Origin: Candidatus Anderseniibacteriota bacterium
GTDB taxonomy: Bacteria > Patescibacteriota > Andersenbacteria > UBA10190
Direction of reading: 5' to 3'
Assembly: GCA_040900375.1 (NCBI GenBank)
Contig: JBBDZC010000012.1
Span: 39,301-103,300 of the forward strand
DNA length: 64,000 nucleotides
The notes under the pieces are model-generated. The model did no database searches and was not told the DNA's origin. It saw only the letters and a list, made by a program, of their open reading frames with translations. This document shows, piece after piece, positions 26,845 to 36,945 of the stretch. The position numbers and the translations under genes were made by a program. Numbering within the stretch: position 1 is the first letter of the stretch; each line of letters opens with the position of its first letter.

Positions 26845-28047
26845 GTGAAGCCACGTTTTGTTGTTGGTTTGCTCTTCCTGGCAGCGCTGTTTATAGTGGC
26901 GCAGCCTGGTCAATTGTGGGCAAAAACGGTTGAGGAGCTCCGGGCGGAACTGAATGCTCGGCGCGAACAGTTGAAAGAGGCGGAATCAAACATTGCCCAG
27001 TTTAAACAAGAGATTCAACTAAAAAAGAGAGAGGCCCGTACGCTCGAAGAGCAAATTGACCTCATGGATTACAATATTGATGAAATAGAGCTCACGATTA
27101 CCAGGACCCTCGCCGAAGTAGAGAAGACGAATAGTGAGATTGAGTCAGTCGCTGCCGAAATTGCGCAGCGCGAAGAAGAAATTATTGGCCAGAAGGCTAA
27201 GCTAGCGGAGTACATTCGGGCCATGCATATCTTGGATCAACAATCGACCGTCACCGTATTCCTTAAGTATGCCACTTTTTCCGAGGCAGTTAGCGAAGCG
27301 GCCACGTATCAAGAGTTACAGAATAGGGGGCAGGAGACATTAGTTGCCGTCCAGCAACTGCGCGATGAACTAAGCGCTAAGCAGCGTGAACTAGAAGATT
27401 TTAAACAGACGCTAGAAGCCCTCCAGCGGCGACAAGAACAGCAGCAGCAAACACTAACCGTGCAGCGTAATTCGAAAGAACGAATTCTCCAACTTACTAA
27501 TGCGCAAGAGGTACAATTTCAGCAGCTTCTCAAGCAATCTCAGCAAGCCCATCAAGCAGCTGATGCCGACATTAAACAAATTGACCAGCTCATTCGTGAG
27601 GAGCTACGTAAGCAAGGTATTGGCAAGCTACCCGCCATCGGCATACTTGATTGGCCGGTAGAGGCAATTTTTGGTGTTTCCTGTCCTTTTCACTGTGCCG
27701 GATATCCTTATCAGTATCTCATTGGCCCGCACGCCGGGATTGATATTCCAACCTATGTAGGGACGCCTATTAGAGCGCCGGCTGACGGCTATGTGGCCCG
27801 GCTGCATGACGCGGGAGGACCAGGCTACAGTTATATTTTGATGCTGCACGGGGAAAGTGTTTCGACGGTCTATGGTCATGTTTCTGGTTTTGCTACTAAT
27901 GAGGGCCAACTAGTCACTCGGGGCACGATCATTGGCTATACCGGCGGGGCGCCTGGCACAAGGGGAGCGGGGCTTTCCTCGGGACCACATCTTCATTTCG
28001 AAGTACGGGTTAATAACACGCCGGTGGATCCCGCTAAATACTTATAA
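26845..28047 (+). CDS. M23-family peptidoglycan endopeptidase with N-terminal signal peptide and long coiled coil (the ORF opens at 26764; likely GTG start at 26845)
   Basis: A GTG start gives MKPRFVVGLLFLAALFIVAQPGQLWA as signal peptide. About 250 aa of heptad-rich coiled coil follow. C-terminal M23 motifs HAGIDIP...HGESVSTVYGH...GPHLHFEV. Confidence 0.8.
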   Translation: MKPRFVVGLLFLAALFIVAQPGQLWAKTVEELRAELNARREQLKEAESNIAQFKQEIQLKKREARTLEEQIDLMDYNIDEIELTITRTLAEVEKTNSEIESVAAEIAQREEEIIGQKAKLAEYIRAMHILDQQSTVTVFLKYATFSEAVSEAATYQELQNRGQETLVAVQQLRDELSAKQRELEDFKQTLEALQRRQEQQQQTLTVQRNSKERILQLTNAQEVQFQQLLKQSQQAHQAADADIKQIDQLIREELRKQGIGKLPAIGILDWPVEAIFGVSCPFHCAGYPYQYLIGPHAGIDIPTYVGTPIRAPADGYVARLHDAGGPGYSYILMLHGESVSTVYGHVSGFATNEGQLVTRGTIIGYTGGAPGTRGAGLSSGPHLHFEVRVNNTPVDPAKYL

Positions 28048-28249
28048 ATATTTACCTTAAGGTGCGTCGTGATGGCTTTTGATCCGGATAAAATTTTTGA
28101 GGCCTGGGTGGTTCGACTCTCCCCAGTGTGGGGACCTTTCTATGCGGTGTTTTATATCCTGCGTCTTTTTTGGCGAGAGCTTTTTCGCCGCGAGCCCTGA
28201 AGTATTCAACCATCGCCTGACTGATCACAAACTAGTACAATAGCTTTTA

Positions 28250-28441
28250 ATGGCATTGCCGACTTTGGCTGAATTTATTCAAAAACTGGAAGGACCTTAT
28301 AAGTGGTACGTCATTATGGCTGTCATTTTAGTTCTGACTGCTTTCTTTAGTCGTTTCGTTTTTAAAACAATTAAGTGGTTTCTCATGATTATTGCTTTAG
28401 GTGTGATTATGCTGGCAGTGGTTATGTATCTGACCACATAA
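28250..28441 (+). CDS. Small two-TM membrane protein (hypothetical)
   Basis: 63 aa with two hydrophobic helices, followed by a hairpin terminator. Confidence 0.35.
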   Translation: MALPTLAEFIQKLEGPYKWYVIMAVILVLTAFFSRFVFKTIKWFLMIIALGVIMLAVVMYLTT

Positions 28442-28447
28442 AAAAAT

Positions 28448-28474
28448 CCCCTGCTCTTACTTAAAGAGTAGGGG
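28448..28474. terminator. Hairpin terminator (CCCCTGCTCTT-actt-AAGAGTAGGGG) after the small membrane gene; a second hairpin GCCCCGC-taa-GCGGGGC lies about 45 nt further
   Basis: Imperfect 11-bp stem preceded by an A-run on the plus strand, giving bidirectional potential. Confidence 0.45.
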
Positions 28475-29201
28475 ATAGGAACAAAGAGGCTTTAGTGCAG
28501 ACCCAAGCGGCTACTTGCCCCGCTAAGCGGGGCTTGCTGTGCCCTTCCGAAACGTCGGGTGAAGGAGAGCCGGCGAGGAGGAAGCGACAGTAGTCATCCC
28601 ACCTGCTGTCGTAGTAGTCGAGGTCCAGCTCGCGCCCGTCACCCCACCTGCCGAGACACGGGACATGGCGATCGCCATCCAGCACGGCAGAGGAGCCGAG
28701 GCAGATGGTGGGGAATTCCCGCTGCAGCTCCTTGTGCTTCGGGTGTAAACCGACGGCGAGCAGGTCCTCGGTTTTCGCCAGCTCCTTGTCGCCCATCGCT
28801 GCGACCGCTGCTTCCACCTGTTCGCTCTCCATATCCTTCTTGAAATGGACGAGGTACAGCTTGCGCGGACCGCGGCGGGTGATGGGGAAGTTGGCGGTGG
28901 TGATGTTCTCGTTGGCGTAGTTGTACTCGCCAGCGCGGACCATCTCCTCCGTGGTCGCTTTCTCGCCGACCGTCAGCTCGCCCAGTTCCGTGACGCTCGG
29001 GTCAGGCGTGAGCTTTGGGAGACCCAGAGCCACGCGGACCGTATCCCGATGAAGTGTAGGGAAGCCGTCCGTGGCAGCGGCTTCCAGGATGTCGGTGAAG
29101 AGACCGCTGACGAGCAGCTGTTGGAGCTGCTTGCCAGAGAGGTCCTGCTGACCAACGAACTTCAACACTTGCTGCGCCTGCCGATAGGTTGCCGATTTCA
29201 T
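28461..29201 (-). CDS. Hypothetical protein encoded by an atypically GC-rich (~62%) segment
   Basis: Longest ORF in a locally high-GC block with codon usage biased to G/C third positions, unlike neighbouring genes. No recognised domain. Upstream is a 950-bp AT-rich gene desert. Confidence 0.4.
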   Translation of the reverse strand: MKSATYRQAQQVLKFVGQQDLSGKQLQQLLVSGLFTDILEAAATDGFPTLHRDTVRVALGLPKLTPDPSVTELGELTVGEKATTEEMVRAGEYNYANENITTANFPITRRGPRKLYLVHFKKDMESEQVEAAVAAMGDKELAKTEDLLAVGLHPKHKELQREFPTICLGSSAVLDGDRHVPCLGRWGDGRELDLDYYDSRWDDYCRFLLAGSPSPDVSEGHSKPRLAGQVAAWVCTKASLFLSPTL

Positions 29202-30158
29202 CTGGCAATCCTCCTTCTTAGGTAGTAGGCCAGTACCTTATTGCACCTAGCAATGGATACATCGCCTCTGAAAAGAACAGCGTAATAATACAATTAATAC
29301 CTATCAATGTCAATGGCCTATCGCGAGGCCGAGAGGGCAGGGGAAGAATACTCTCTGCGATTTTTATATTGTGCGACGTTTTAGGTAGCTAGAAACTCAT
29401 AAGCCGGATTTTGCCACTATCGGAGTGTTTCTAGAGCTTAAGCGACAACGCTAGGCGTTTGAGAAAAAGTGCTATTAAAACTACTACTGCGGAGGTCATA
29501 AAAAATATTCCGGAAGATACTCTTTGCAAGAGAAAATTTTTGATCTTGAAGTTCACGTATGGGTGAAGAGGTGATAAGAGGGAAGCTACACCGAGGGGCT
29601 AATAAAGAATATATAAGCTCACAAGACTCATACTAGGTACCTATAAACTCGCATACGCGATTTAAACGCTTCGTGATAGGTAATATTTACTAGTACCCAT
29701 GATACATATGTATCTATGTGGCTCGAGAGAATAACAAAATGTTCCAGGGTGAGTATGATAGAGAGATAGACGAGATATGTACGTCCCCGCCGGGGCAGAA
29801 CTTTTCAGCAGGGCAGGCGAGGAGGGAGACAGAAAAGAGAGCGATGTAGCTCAAGCGGTAGATCATGCTCAGCGATGGCGTACGTCGCACAATATACCTT
29901 TTGCGACATTCTATGTTTCCCCTTTATGTTATCCACATATACGAACATATTTAATACATCCGTCAATTTATGTCGTAGTGTTTTTCAGCTCGGTTTAATT
30001 CCCTCCTTATTACTTACTCTCTCATTAACTTATTCCGCCCAACTATCTTCTCCTCCCCTACCCTACAGGGAAAAGAGTATGGCTGAGGTGAGGACTTAGT
30101 AAAAATATGAAGTTATTTATATAAGAGAGGGTAGAGCGGGGGTGCCCACTCCCCTACC

Positions 30159-30653
30159 CTAGGTTGCCGGCTGGCCTAATTTTTCGCGGGTGCATTGGCT
30201 CGGAACATACCCCGCTGACTCGGCTTCCTCGGCAGAGTTAAACCATACTTCATTTTCGGCCTTTATTTGCCGGCGAGCCGCACAATCGCGGTGATGATAC
30301 TTATCGGAGTTAACACTAGCCACAAATAATTTTTCTAACGTGCCGGCAGTGGGTGGCGCTGTCTGTTGGACCGCCGCCACAGTGGGCGTGGAAGATTCGG
30401 TGGTGATATTATTTTTTTCATCAGCGAGCGCTTGGCCGTCTGCCTGTAAAACCTGCAAGGCCTCGGCTGTGCCACCGGCACTCGGTTTATCCGGGTAGGC
30501 TTGGTCGCTAAAGACAATGGGATGCGAAGCATAGTACGGAGACATTACACGCCCGACCTGCCACCCTGCCCCGAAGAGCACTATCCCCACCACTAGAAAT
30601 ACGAGCACGCTGCGATGTTGCTGTGACCATACCCAGAGCGAAGTTATGTCCAT
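30159..30653 (-). CDS. Membrane-anchored protein with C-terminal Ada-like metal-binding domain
   Basis: N-terminal TM. C-terminal YHHRDCAARRQIKAENEVWFNSAEEAESAGYVPSQC aligns with the Ada N-terminal Zn-binding motif (C..AR.....EN V.F....EA..AG+.PC). Confidence 0.5.
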   Translation of the reverse strand: MDITSLWVWSQQHRSVLVFLVVGIVLFGAGWQVGRVMSPYYASHPIVFSDQAYPDKPSAGGTAEALQVLQADGQALADEKNNITTESSTPTVAAVQQTAPPTAGTLEKLFVASVNSDKYHHRDCAARRQIKAENEVWFNSAEEAESAGYVPSQCTREKLGQPAT

Positions 30654-30700
30654 GATCTAAGCCTAGAACTTGTGACCCAAAACGTAAATGAGATTTCTTC

Positions 30701-31414
30701 TTATGTGCCAAAGCGCCGCGCCCGCTGGCCATACTGTGTGAGAGCTTGCTCAAGATCAGCCACGCTGAAATCGGGGTAAAACTTTGGTACAAAGATCCAC
30801 TCGGCGTACGCGCTCTGCCAGAGTGCAAAGCCGCTAGTGCGCTGTTCGCCCGAAGTGCGAATTACCAAATCAATATCGGGTAATGCGGGCTGATCAAGAT
30901 ACTGTCTAAAGTTTTCTTCCGTAACCGCCTGGAGATCAGATAGACGATGCACGGCCCGAATAATTTCATCTTTTCCACTATAATCCAAGGCAAAATTTAA
31001 CGTGAAAGTTGTATAGTCCGCCGTCTCGGCGCTTAGATCAGTAATTAATCTGGCTAAAGAAGGAGGAATACGGTCCAGGCGGCCGGAATGGGCCAGACGA
31101 GTTTTGTTACGGTTAAATTTCTCTCGTTCCTGCCGCAGAAACTGTTCATAGAGACGCATCAGATGCTTAATCTCTTCATCTCGCCGCTGCCAGTTTTCCG
31201 TAGAAAATCCCCAAAAGGTAACCGTGGCAATACGCGGATGTTGATAGCACCAGTCGATCAGGGACCGACTGTTTTCTATTGCTTGCTGGTGACCCAGCCA
31301 AGGTGCCAGTGCCCGTTGGCGCGCCCAGCGGCGATTACCATCGGGGATAATGGCGAGATGCAGTGGTGGTAAAGCCATAGTAGTAACTAATCTCCTGTGG
31401 CTATTTTGTAGCAC
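30701..31414 (-). CDS. uppS: Undecaprenyl-diphosphate synthase (isoprenyl transferase)
   Basis: HLAIIPDGNRRWA, FWGFSTENW and RTSGEQRTSGF(A)LWQSAYAE motifs of cis-prenyltransferases. Confidence 0.9.
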   Translation of the reverse strand: MLQNSHRRLVTTMALPPLHLAIIPDGNRRWARQRALAPWLGHQQAIENSRSLIDWCYQHPRIATVTFWGFSTENWQRRDEEIKHLMRLYEQFLRQEREKFNRNKTRLAHSGRLDRIPPSLARLITDLSAETADYTTFTLNFALDYSGKDEIIRAVHRLSDLQAVTEENFRQYLDQPALPDIDLVIRTSGEQRTSGFALWQSAYAEWIFVPKFYPDFSVADLEQALTQYGQRARRFGT

Positions 31415-31437
31415 ATTTCCTCCCCGTGGGTAATTGA

Positions 31438-31493
31438 CCCTTCGACCGGCTCACCCTTCGACTAACCCAGGATACCTTGAGCCGGTCGAAGGG
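31438..31493. promoter_or_regulatory. Long perfect inverted repeat (16-bp arms CCCTTCGACCGGCTCA / TGAGCCGGTCGAAGGG, 24-nt loop) in the uppS / 31571 divergent intergenic region
   Basis: Seen directly. The loop contains a third partial copy, CCCTTCGAC. Confidence 0.4.
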
Positions 31494-31570
31494 CAAGCTC
31501 AATCTGGGCTTATCGAAGATTGACCGCCCAATCAGTACGCGTACAGTGCTAAGCAGTAATCTCTCCTACT

Positions 31571-32824
31571 ATGTCGCAATCTCAATATGTTTTCTTCCTC
31601 GGCAATCACCCCGAGCTGTCCGGCGCAGAATGTCTGGGGGTACTTTCATCTCAAGCAATAACCTGGCAGCTTGAGGTAGTTACCCCGGCATATTTTATTA
31701 TTTCTGTAACGCCTGAGCTGCCCGCTGGTTTCTTATCGCGGCTGGGCGGCACCGAGCGCATTGCCCGGGTCGTTGCAGTTCAGGAAAAACCCTGGCAGGC
31801 ACACGAACTCCGGGAGCGGCTTTTCCCTTCATCATTGCCCGAGAAATTAACGCTCGGGGTCAGCACTCTCAACATAGGCAAAGATTATGGTAAGCAGCTC
31901 GGGCGAGACCTAAAAAATCTTATGCGCCAGCATAATGTTCGTTTGCGTTTCATCTTACCGCAAGGTAAGTCACCGCGCTTAAACAGTGCCCAGGTACTGT
32001 TCAACAAGTTGCTCTCGGCTCCCCATCAAGAAATTACGGTGCTCAAGCATAGTGATCGCTACTGGTTGCTGCAGACGGTCCAAATTCAAGATATTGCTGC
32101 CTACGAACTTCGCGACACGCAGCGCCCCGTTCGTGACGCAAAAATCGGCATGCTGCCGCCGAAGCTGGCCCAGATCATGCTGAATCTGGCTACCGCTTCT
32201 CTTTCCCCGCAGCCTAGCCTCCATATCCTTGATCCTTTCTGTGGCATGGGGACCATTGTGCAGGAAGGCTGGCTGCAGAGACAAATAATGGTGGGGACAG
32301 ATATCGAGGCCACTATGATTACCGCTAGTCAGAAAAACATAGCTTGGGTAGCAGGACATGGGGTAGTCTCCCCTACTCCCCTACCCCGCTTCCAGGTACA
32401 TGATGTCCGCCAGCCTTTTCCACTAAACTGGCGGCGCCAATTTGATGCGGTGGTAACGGAGCCCTACTTGGGTCCGCCGCTGCACTCTCCCCTACCCGCT
32501 ATTAAGGCCGAATATCACATTGCGCCGCTTGCCGATCTCTACATGGCTTTCTTCGAGAATGTTCGACCCTTGCTTAAGCCCGGCGGGATGGTTCTCGTGT
32601 TGCTGCCTGCTTTCCGGCGAGGCAAACGCAGCTCTGCCTCTTTTACGCTGTTTCCTCAAGCTTTTCTTGACGCTGTGGGCCGGCTTGGGTATAGTCCAAG
32701 ACAGCTTATTCCTGAAGAGCTTGCGGACATCTTTAGGCCTTCGCCCCGCCACAGTCTGCTCTACAGCCGGAGCGACGCTCTCGTGGGCCGGGAAATAACT
32801 CTTTGGGAAAGCATTGGTACTTAA
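31571..32824 (+). CDS. THUMP-domain RNA (guanine-N2) methyltransferase-like protein (Trm11/TrmN/COG1041-like)
   Basis: The N-terminus [15 protein letters not shown] resembles Trm11-type starts. Central [14 protein letters not shown] and SAM-binding [14 protein letters not shown] resemble the UPF0020 methylase family. Confidence 0.55.
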   Translation: MSQSQYVFFLGNHPELSGAECLGVLSSQAITWQLEVVTPAYFIISVTPELPAGFLSRLGGTERIARVVAVQEKPWQAHELRERLFPSSLPEKLTLGVSTLNIGKDYGKQLGRDLKNLMRQHNVRLRFILPQGKSPRLNSAQVLFNKLLSAPHQEITVLKHSDRYWLLQTVQIQDIAAYELRDTQRPVRDAKIGMLPPKLAQIMLNLATASLSPQPSLHILDPFCGMGTIVQEGWLQRQIMVGTDIEATMITASQKNIAWVAGHGVVSPTPLPRFQVHDVRQPFPLNWRRQFDAVVTEPYLGPPLHSPLPAIKAEYHIAPLADLYMAFFENVRPLLKPGGMVLVLLPAFRRGKRSSASFTLFPQAFLDAVGRLGYSPRQLIPEELADIFRPSPRHSLLYSRSDALVGREITLWESIGT

Positions 32825-32832
32825 GTACTACT

Positions 32833-33117
32833 ATGGCACATAAGAAAGCTGGTGGATCAACTAGTTTAGGACGTGAATCACATTCCAAGCGATTGGGAGT
32901 TAAAATCTATGGCGGTGAATCAGTTAGTGCTGGCCAAATTATCATTCGACAGCGCGGCAGCCGCTACCGCGAAGGTCAGGGAGTACGACGCGGGAGTGAT
33001 GATACCCTCTATGCTGCTTCCGCTGGGATTGTCCGCTTTACCCGGCGCCATATTAAACGGTTTACCGGCGCCCTTAAGAAAGCAACCTTCGTCAGTGTTG
33101 AAGGGCAAACAAAGTAG
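32833..33117 (+). CDS. rpmA: 50S ribosomal protein L27 (the ORF opens at 32803; start at MAHKK, 32833)
   Basis: [29 protein letters not shown]...IIIRQRG is the canonical L27. Confidence 0.85.
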   Translation: MAHKKAGGSTSLGRESHSKRLGVKIYGGESVSAGQIIIRQRGSRYREGQGVRRGSDDTLYAASAGIVRFTRRHIKRFTGALKKATFVSVEGQTK

Positions 33118-33184
33118 CAAAACGATCTTATGACTCTTTAAAATTCCCGACTGGGAATTTTTTAATAGCCGCAAAATGAGTCGC

Positions 33185-34861
33185 CTACGTTTTATGGTGG
33201 CGGCGGTGATACCGCTTGGCCGCAGCGATAAAGGCATTAAATAAGGGATGGCCGGTGCGCGGGCGCGAGGTAAATTCAGGATGGAACTGCACGCCAACAA
33301 ACCAAGGGTGGTCAGCAACCTCAATAATCTCTACTAGTTTGGCATCGGGCGTGGTACCGGCAATGCGTAAACCCGCCCGTGTTAGCTGGTCCCGGAAATC
33401 ATTGTTAAACTCATACCGATGCCGGTGACGTTCGCGAATCTGTCGGGCTTGGTATGCCTTGTAGGCAAACGAGGTTGGTTCGAGGACACAGTCCCAACCG
33501 CCCAGTCGCATTGTCCCGCCTTTGTCGGCAATTGTTTTTTGCTCGGCCATTAAGTGAATAACGCAGCGAGCGTTATTAACCATCCCCTCTTTTGCTTCAA
33601 TAAACTCCTGACTGGTTGCTTGGGGGACCCCCGCAACATTCCGAGCGAACTCAATGACTGCTAACTGCATACCCAGGCACAACCCAAAATAAGGAATTTT
33701 TTGCTCGCGCGCGTGTTGAATTGCCCTGATCTTTCCTTCGGTGCCCCGGACACCAAATCCGCCGGGGACCACAATACCGTCAGCCTCGTTAAGTAAATCT
33801 ATGCCTCGCTTGTTCTCTAATTGCTCGGCCTCCACCCACCGCAAGATTAAGTCTAGGTTGTTATACCACGAGGCGGCTTTGAGAGCCTCAACTAAGCTGG
33901 CATAGGTGTCGAGCATGGTCGTATATTTCCCGACCATGGCCAGGGTAATGGTGGGTTTAGGGGCCTTGATCTTAGTTACAAACCGCTGCCAATCGCCATT
34001 GCGCCGGGGGCGCACTCGTAGGCCAAGTTTTTTTAAGATCACTTCGTCGAGCCGCTGTTCTTCCATGAGGAGGGGTACCTCGTAGACACTTTTAACCGTC
34101 AGAAGCGGCATGATGGCTTCGGGCGCTACATTGGTATAGAGTGAAAGCTTGTGTACAAGATCGTGTTTGACCGGATAATCTGTCCGGGTAATGAGAATAT
34201 CGGGTTGGATCCCGATGCTCCGTAGTTCCCGTACGCTGTTTTGCGCGGGCTTTGTCTTAACCTCCTCACTCGCCTTCAAGTACGGTAAGAAAACCACGTG
34301 CACGTAGAGCACATTCTCGCGGCCTTCATCAAGAATCATCTGTCGGGCAGCTTCAATGAAATGGAAGCCTTCGTTGTCACCGACCGTGCCGCCAATTTCT
34401 ACGATATGGACGTCGTAGTGATTTTCAAGAGCGGCAGTGCGGGCACGGCGCTTGACCTCATCCGTGAGGTGAGGAATGACCTGAACGGTTTTACCCAAGT
34501 AATCACCGCGTCGCTCCCGGGCGATAACGTTTTGGTAAACCTCGCCTGTCATGACCGATGAGTCGCCTGTTAAGTTAGAATCTAAGAAGCGTTCATAGTG
34601 TCCTAAATCAAGATCGCACTCCGCCCCATCATCCGTTACAAATACTTCGCCGTGCTCGGCAGGATTAAGCGTCCCTGCATCCACGTTAATATACTGGTCA
34701 AACTTTTGCATGTTGACCGCTAGCCCCCGGCTCTTGAGGATGTTGCCAATTGAGGCTGCGGTAATGCCTTTGCCAAGACCAGAGAGCACGCCCCCTGTTA
34801 CAAAAATATACTTTACCTGTTTCTTCCGGCGGCGCCGGGGAGAAGAAGAGCTTGTAACCAT
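33185..34861 (-). CDS. pyrG: CTP synthase
   Basis: N-terminal synthetase domain (KYIFVTGGVLSGLGKG) and C-terminal glutamine amidotransferase domain (GLCLGMQLAVIE, HPEF). Confidence 0.95.
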   Translation of the reverse strand: MVTSSSSPRRRRKKQVKYIFVTGGVLSGLGKGITAASIGNILKSRGLAVNMQKFDQYINVDAGTLNPAEHGEVFVTDDGAECDLDLGHYERFLDSNLTGDSSVMTGEVYQNVIARERRGDYLGKTVQVIPHLTDEVKRRARTAALENHYDVHIVEIGGTVGDNEGFHFIEAARQMILDEGRENVLYVHVVFLPYLKASEEVKTKPAQNSVRELRSIGIQPDILITRTDYPVKHDLVHKLSLYTNVAPEAIMPLLTVKSVYEVPLLMEEQRLDEVILKKLGLRVRPRRNGDWQRFVTKIKAPKPTITLAMVGKYTTMLDTYASLVEALKAASWYNNLDLILRWVEAEQLENKRGIDLLNEADGIVVPGGFGVRGTEGKIRAIQHAREQKIPYFGLCLGMQLAVIEFARNVAGVPQATSQEFIEAKEGMVNNARCVIHLMAEQKTIADKGGTMRLGGWDCVLEPTSFAYKAYQARQIRERHRHRYEFNNDFRDQLTRAGLRIAGTTPDAKLVEIIEVADHPWFVGVQFHPEFTSRPRTGHPLFNAFIAAAKRYHRRHHKT

Positions 34862-34871
34862 ATAACTAGCC

Positions 34872-35360
34872 TTAAGCGGCCGCAGGCTTGCGGCCCAGGT
34901 GCGGTTCAGCAGTAACTGTTACCTGAATTGATGTTTCCACTGTGGGTGCGAGACGGACCGTCACTGCCTGGCTACTTATAGATGTAATCGGATGGGCTAG
35001 CTTTACATCCTTGGGGGTAATAGTTAGGCCTGCCTGCTGCCGCAGTTCCTCGGCAATTTTCTTGGCGGTAATGCTGCCAAAAATCTGTTCGCCATCTTTG
35101 ACGCGGACAGGAATCACCAACTCGGTGCCATCAAGTTGCTGCGCTTGTTCCTGCAACTGCTGTAACTCGGCTTCTTGTTGCTTCAAAGCGGTGGCGCGAT
35201 GCCGCTTTTTCTCTGCCACTACTTTACTTGTGGCGAGGGCCGCCTTACCTTGTACAAATAAAAAATTTCGGGCATATCCTTCGGACACTGCCACGATATC
35301 GCCGGCTCGGCCAATGGAGTTAATGTCCTCCAAAAGTATAACCTGAATACGTTTTGCCAT
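34872..35360 (-). CDS. rplI: 50S ribosomal protein L9
   Basis: MAKRIQVILLEDINSIGRAGDIVAVSEGYARNFL... is the L9 N-domain. Confidence 0.85.
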   Translation of the reverse strand: MAKRIQVILLEDINSIGRAGDIVAVSEGYARNFLFVQGKAALATSKVVAEKKRHRATALKQQEAELQQLQEQAQQLDGTELVIPVRVKDGEQIFGSITAKKIAEELRQQAGLTITPKDVKLAHPITSISSQAVTVRLAPTVETSIQVTVTAEPHLGRKPAAA

Positions 35361-35369
35361 TAGGTCAAT

Positions 35370-35660
35370 CTAGTACATGGTGAATGATGAATATGGAGTA
35401 CTGGCCCGGTGCCAATTGCTTTGTACCTGATCTACCCGGGCACTTCCGGGTCCATCGTAGCATCTCTTGAGGAGTGTTTCTAGAGCGCTTCTTTCCCCTT
35501 GTGCACACACCACAACACTGCCGTCTGGTTCATTGCGAACAAAACCCTGAAGGTGTAGTTCGACGGCCCAGGCTTTTATTGTCTGACGAAAAAATACCCC
35601 TTGGACCTTACCGGTAATTTTTACCTGCAGTTCCTGGAGGGTCGAAAAATTGTCCGCCAT
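35370..35660 (-). CDS. acyP: Acylphosphatase
   Basis: VQGVFFRQ...GFVRNEPDGSV is the acylphosphatase signature. 96 aa. Confidence 0.8.
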   Translation of the reverse strand: MADNFSTLQELQVKITGKVQGVFFRQTIKAWAVELHLQGFVRNEPDGSVVVCAQGERSALETLLKRCYDGPGSARVDQVQSNWHRASTPYSSFTMY

Positions 35661-35675
35661 AGTGGCCCCGAAGCT

Positions 35676-36920
35676 TTAAGACTGGTCGAGTTGGCGTTGC
35701 AGCTCCTCGCGAGCGCGAATGAGCTGTTCGTCTTCTTCTGTGTCATGGTTCTGCTCGATGGTAATAGTGGGCTCAATCCCCTCTTCGTTAATGTTGCGAC
35801 CGCGCGGAGTAAACCACTTAGCCACGGTAATCCGCAAGCTTGAGCCATCACGTAATTTGAGAAATTCTTGCACCGAGCCTTTACCAAAGGTTTTTGTACC
35901 GACGATAGGCGCCTGGCGGTGATCATGAAGAGCACCCGCTAAAATTTCTGAAGCTGATGCCGAGCCACCGTTGACCATAACCACGACGGGGAGGGCTTCC
36001 AGCAGCGCGTTGCCCTCCGCGGTATAATCTTTTGTGACACTTCCCTTTTCCGAAACAACAACACTGCCGGCTGGCACAAAACGAGAAGCAATTTCCACCG
36101 CTGATTGCAAAAAACCACCGGGATTATTGCGGACGTCAACAATGACGCCCCGCACACCGGCTTGCAGCGCACCCCGGACTGCCGTCGTGAAACGTTCAGC
36201 GGTATCACCATTAAAGCTAGTGATGGTTAGAATGGCAATGTCACCTTCCTGTTGGGCTTTGACGCTCTCGACTTCAATGCGGTCACGCCTAATTTCGATA
36301 TCCTGGGTCTCACGGTCGTCCTTATGGATAACGGTCAACACCACTTTCGTTCCGCGCTCCCCCCGAATCTGGGTTACGATTTCATCTAAGCTTGACTCGG
36401 GCGTTAGGGGTTTATGATCAATGGCAACAATGATATCTCCCTCACGAATGCCCGCTTGCTGGGCAGGTGAACCCTGGAGAGGCGTAATCACCGTGACTAA
36501 TCCTGTGCGCAAGCCAATTTCGACACCGATACCAGAGAAACTGCCTTCGATTGTTTCCTCAAATTGCTTGGTCGCTTCGGGGTCGGCAAAAACTGTATAC
36601 GGGTCACCGGCCGCGCGGATCATCCCCGCTACCGCGCCGTAGTATAAATCTTCATCTTGCAACTCCCCTGTATCGATGTACTTCTCGTGCAATTTATCCC
36701 ACGCCTCCCAAAATGTCGGGAAAACCAGCTGGCGATTACCTTCTTCTACCCGGACAAAGCGCAGGGGTGAGTTAGGCCCAAAAGGAGTGGCCGGAACAAT
36801 GTAGCGCCCAATAAAAATACCCAGACCTAAAATAAGAACCACGACGCCCAGCCGGCGAGCAACCTGGGCCCGCCTTGAAGTTTTCAATATGATTGGCACT
36901 GGGTTATCCATCTCCATCAC
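35676..36920 (-). CDS. ctpA: Carboxyl-terminal processing protease (S41) with PDZ domain
   Basis: N-terminal TM, PDZ segment, and S41 catalytic region GGSASASEILAGAL and TFGKGSVQ. Confidence 0.85.
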   Translation of the reverse strand: MMEMDNPVPIILKTSRRAQVARRLGVVVLILGLGIFIGRYIVPATPFGPNSPLRFVRVEEGNRQLVFPTFWEAWDKLHEKYIDTGELQDEDLYYGAVAGMIRAAGDPYTVFADPEATKQFEETIEGSFSGIGVEIGLRTGLVTVITPLQGSPAQQAGIREGDIIVAIDHKPLTPESSLDEIVTQIRGERGTKVVLTVIHKDDRETQDIEIRRDRIEVESVKAQQEGDIAILTITSFNGDTAERFTTAVRGALQAGVRGVIVDVRNNPGGFLQSAVEIASRFVPAGSVVVSEKGSVTKDYTAEGNALLEALPVVVMVNGGSASASEILAGALHDHRQAPIVGTKTFGKGSVQEFLKLRDGSSLRITVAKWFTPRGRNINEEGIEPTITIEQNHDTEEDEQLIRAREELQRQLDQS

Positions 36921-36945
36921 AGTATACTGATTGCGACGAGATTGA

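Noticed and set aside
29847-29905. tRNA gene starting GTAGCTCAAGCGGTAGATC
   Set aside because: The D-arm-like start is not followed by a pairing anticodon stem, T-arm or acceptor closure. At best a tRNA pseudogene fragment.
29225-30160. CRISPR array or leader in the AT-rich desert
   Set aside because: No regularly spaced 25-40-nt direct repeats. The only repeats are 13-14-nt motifs about 100 nt apart. No cas genes in the window.
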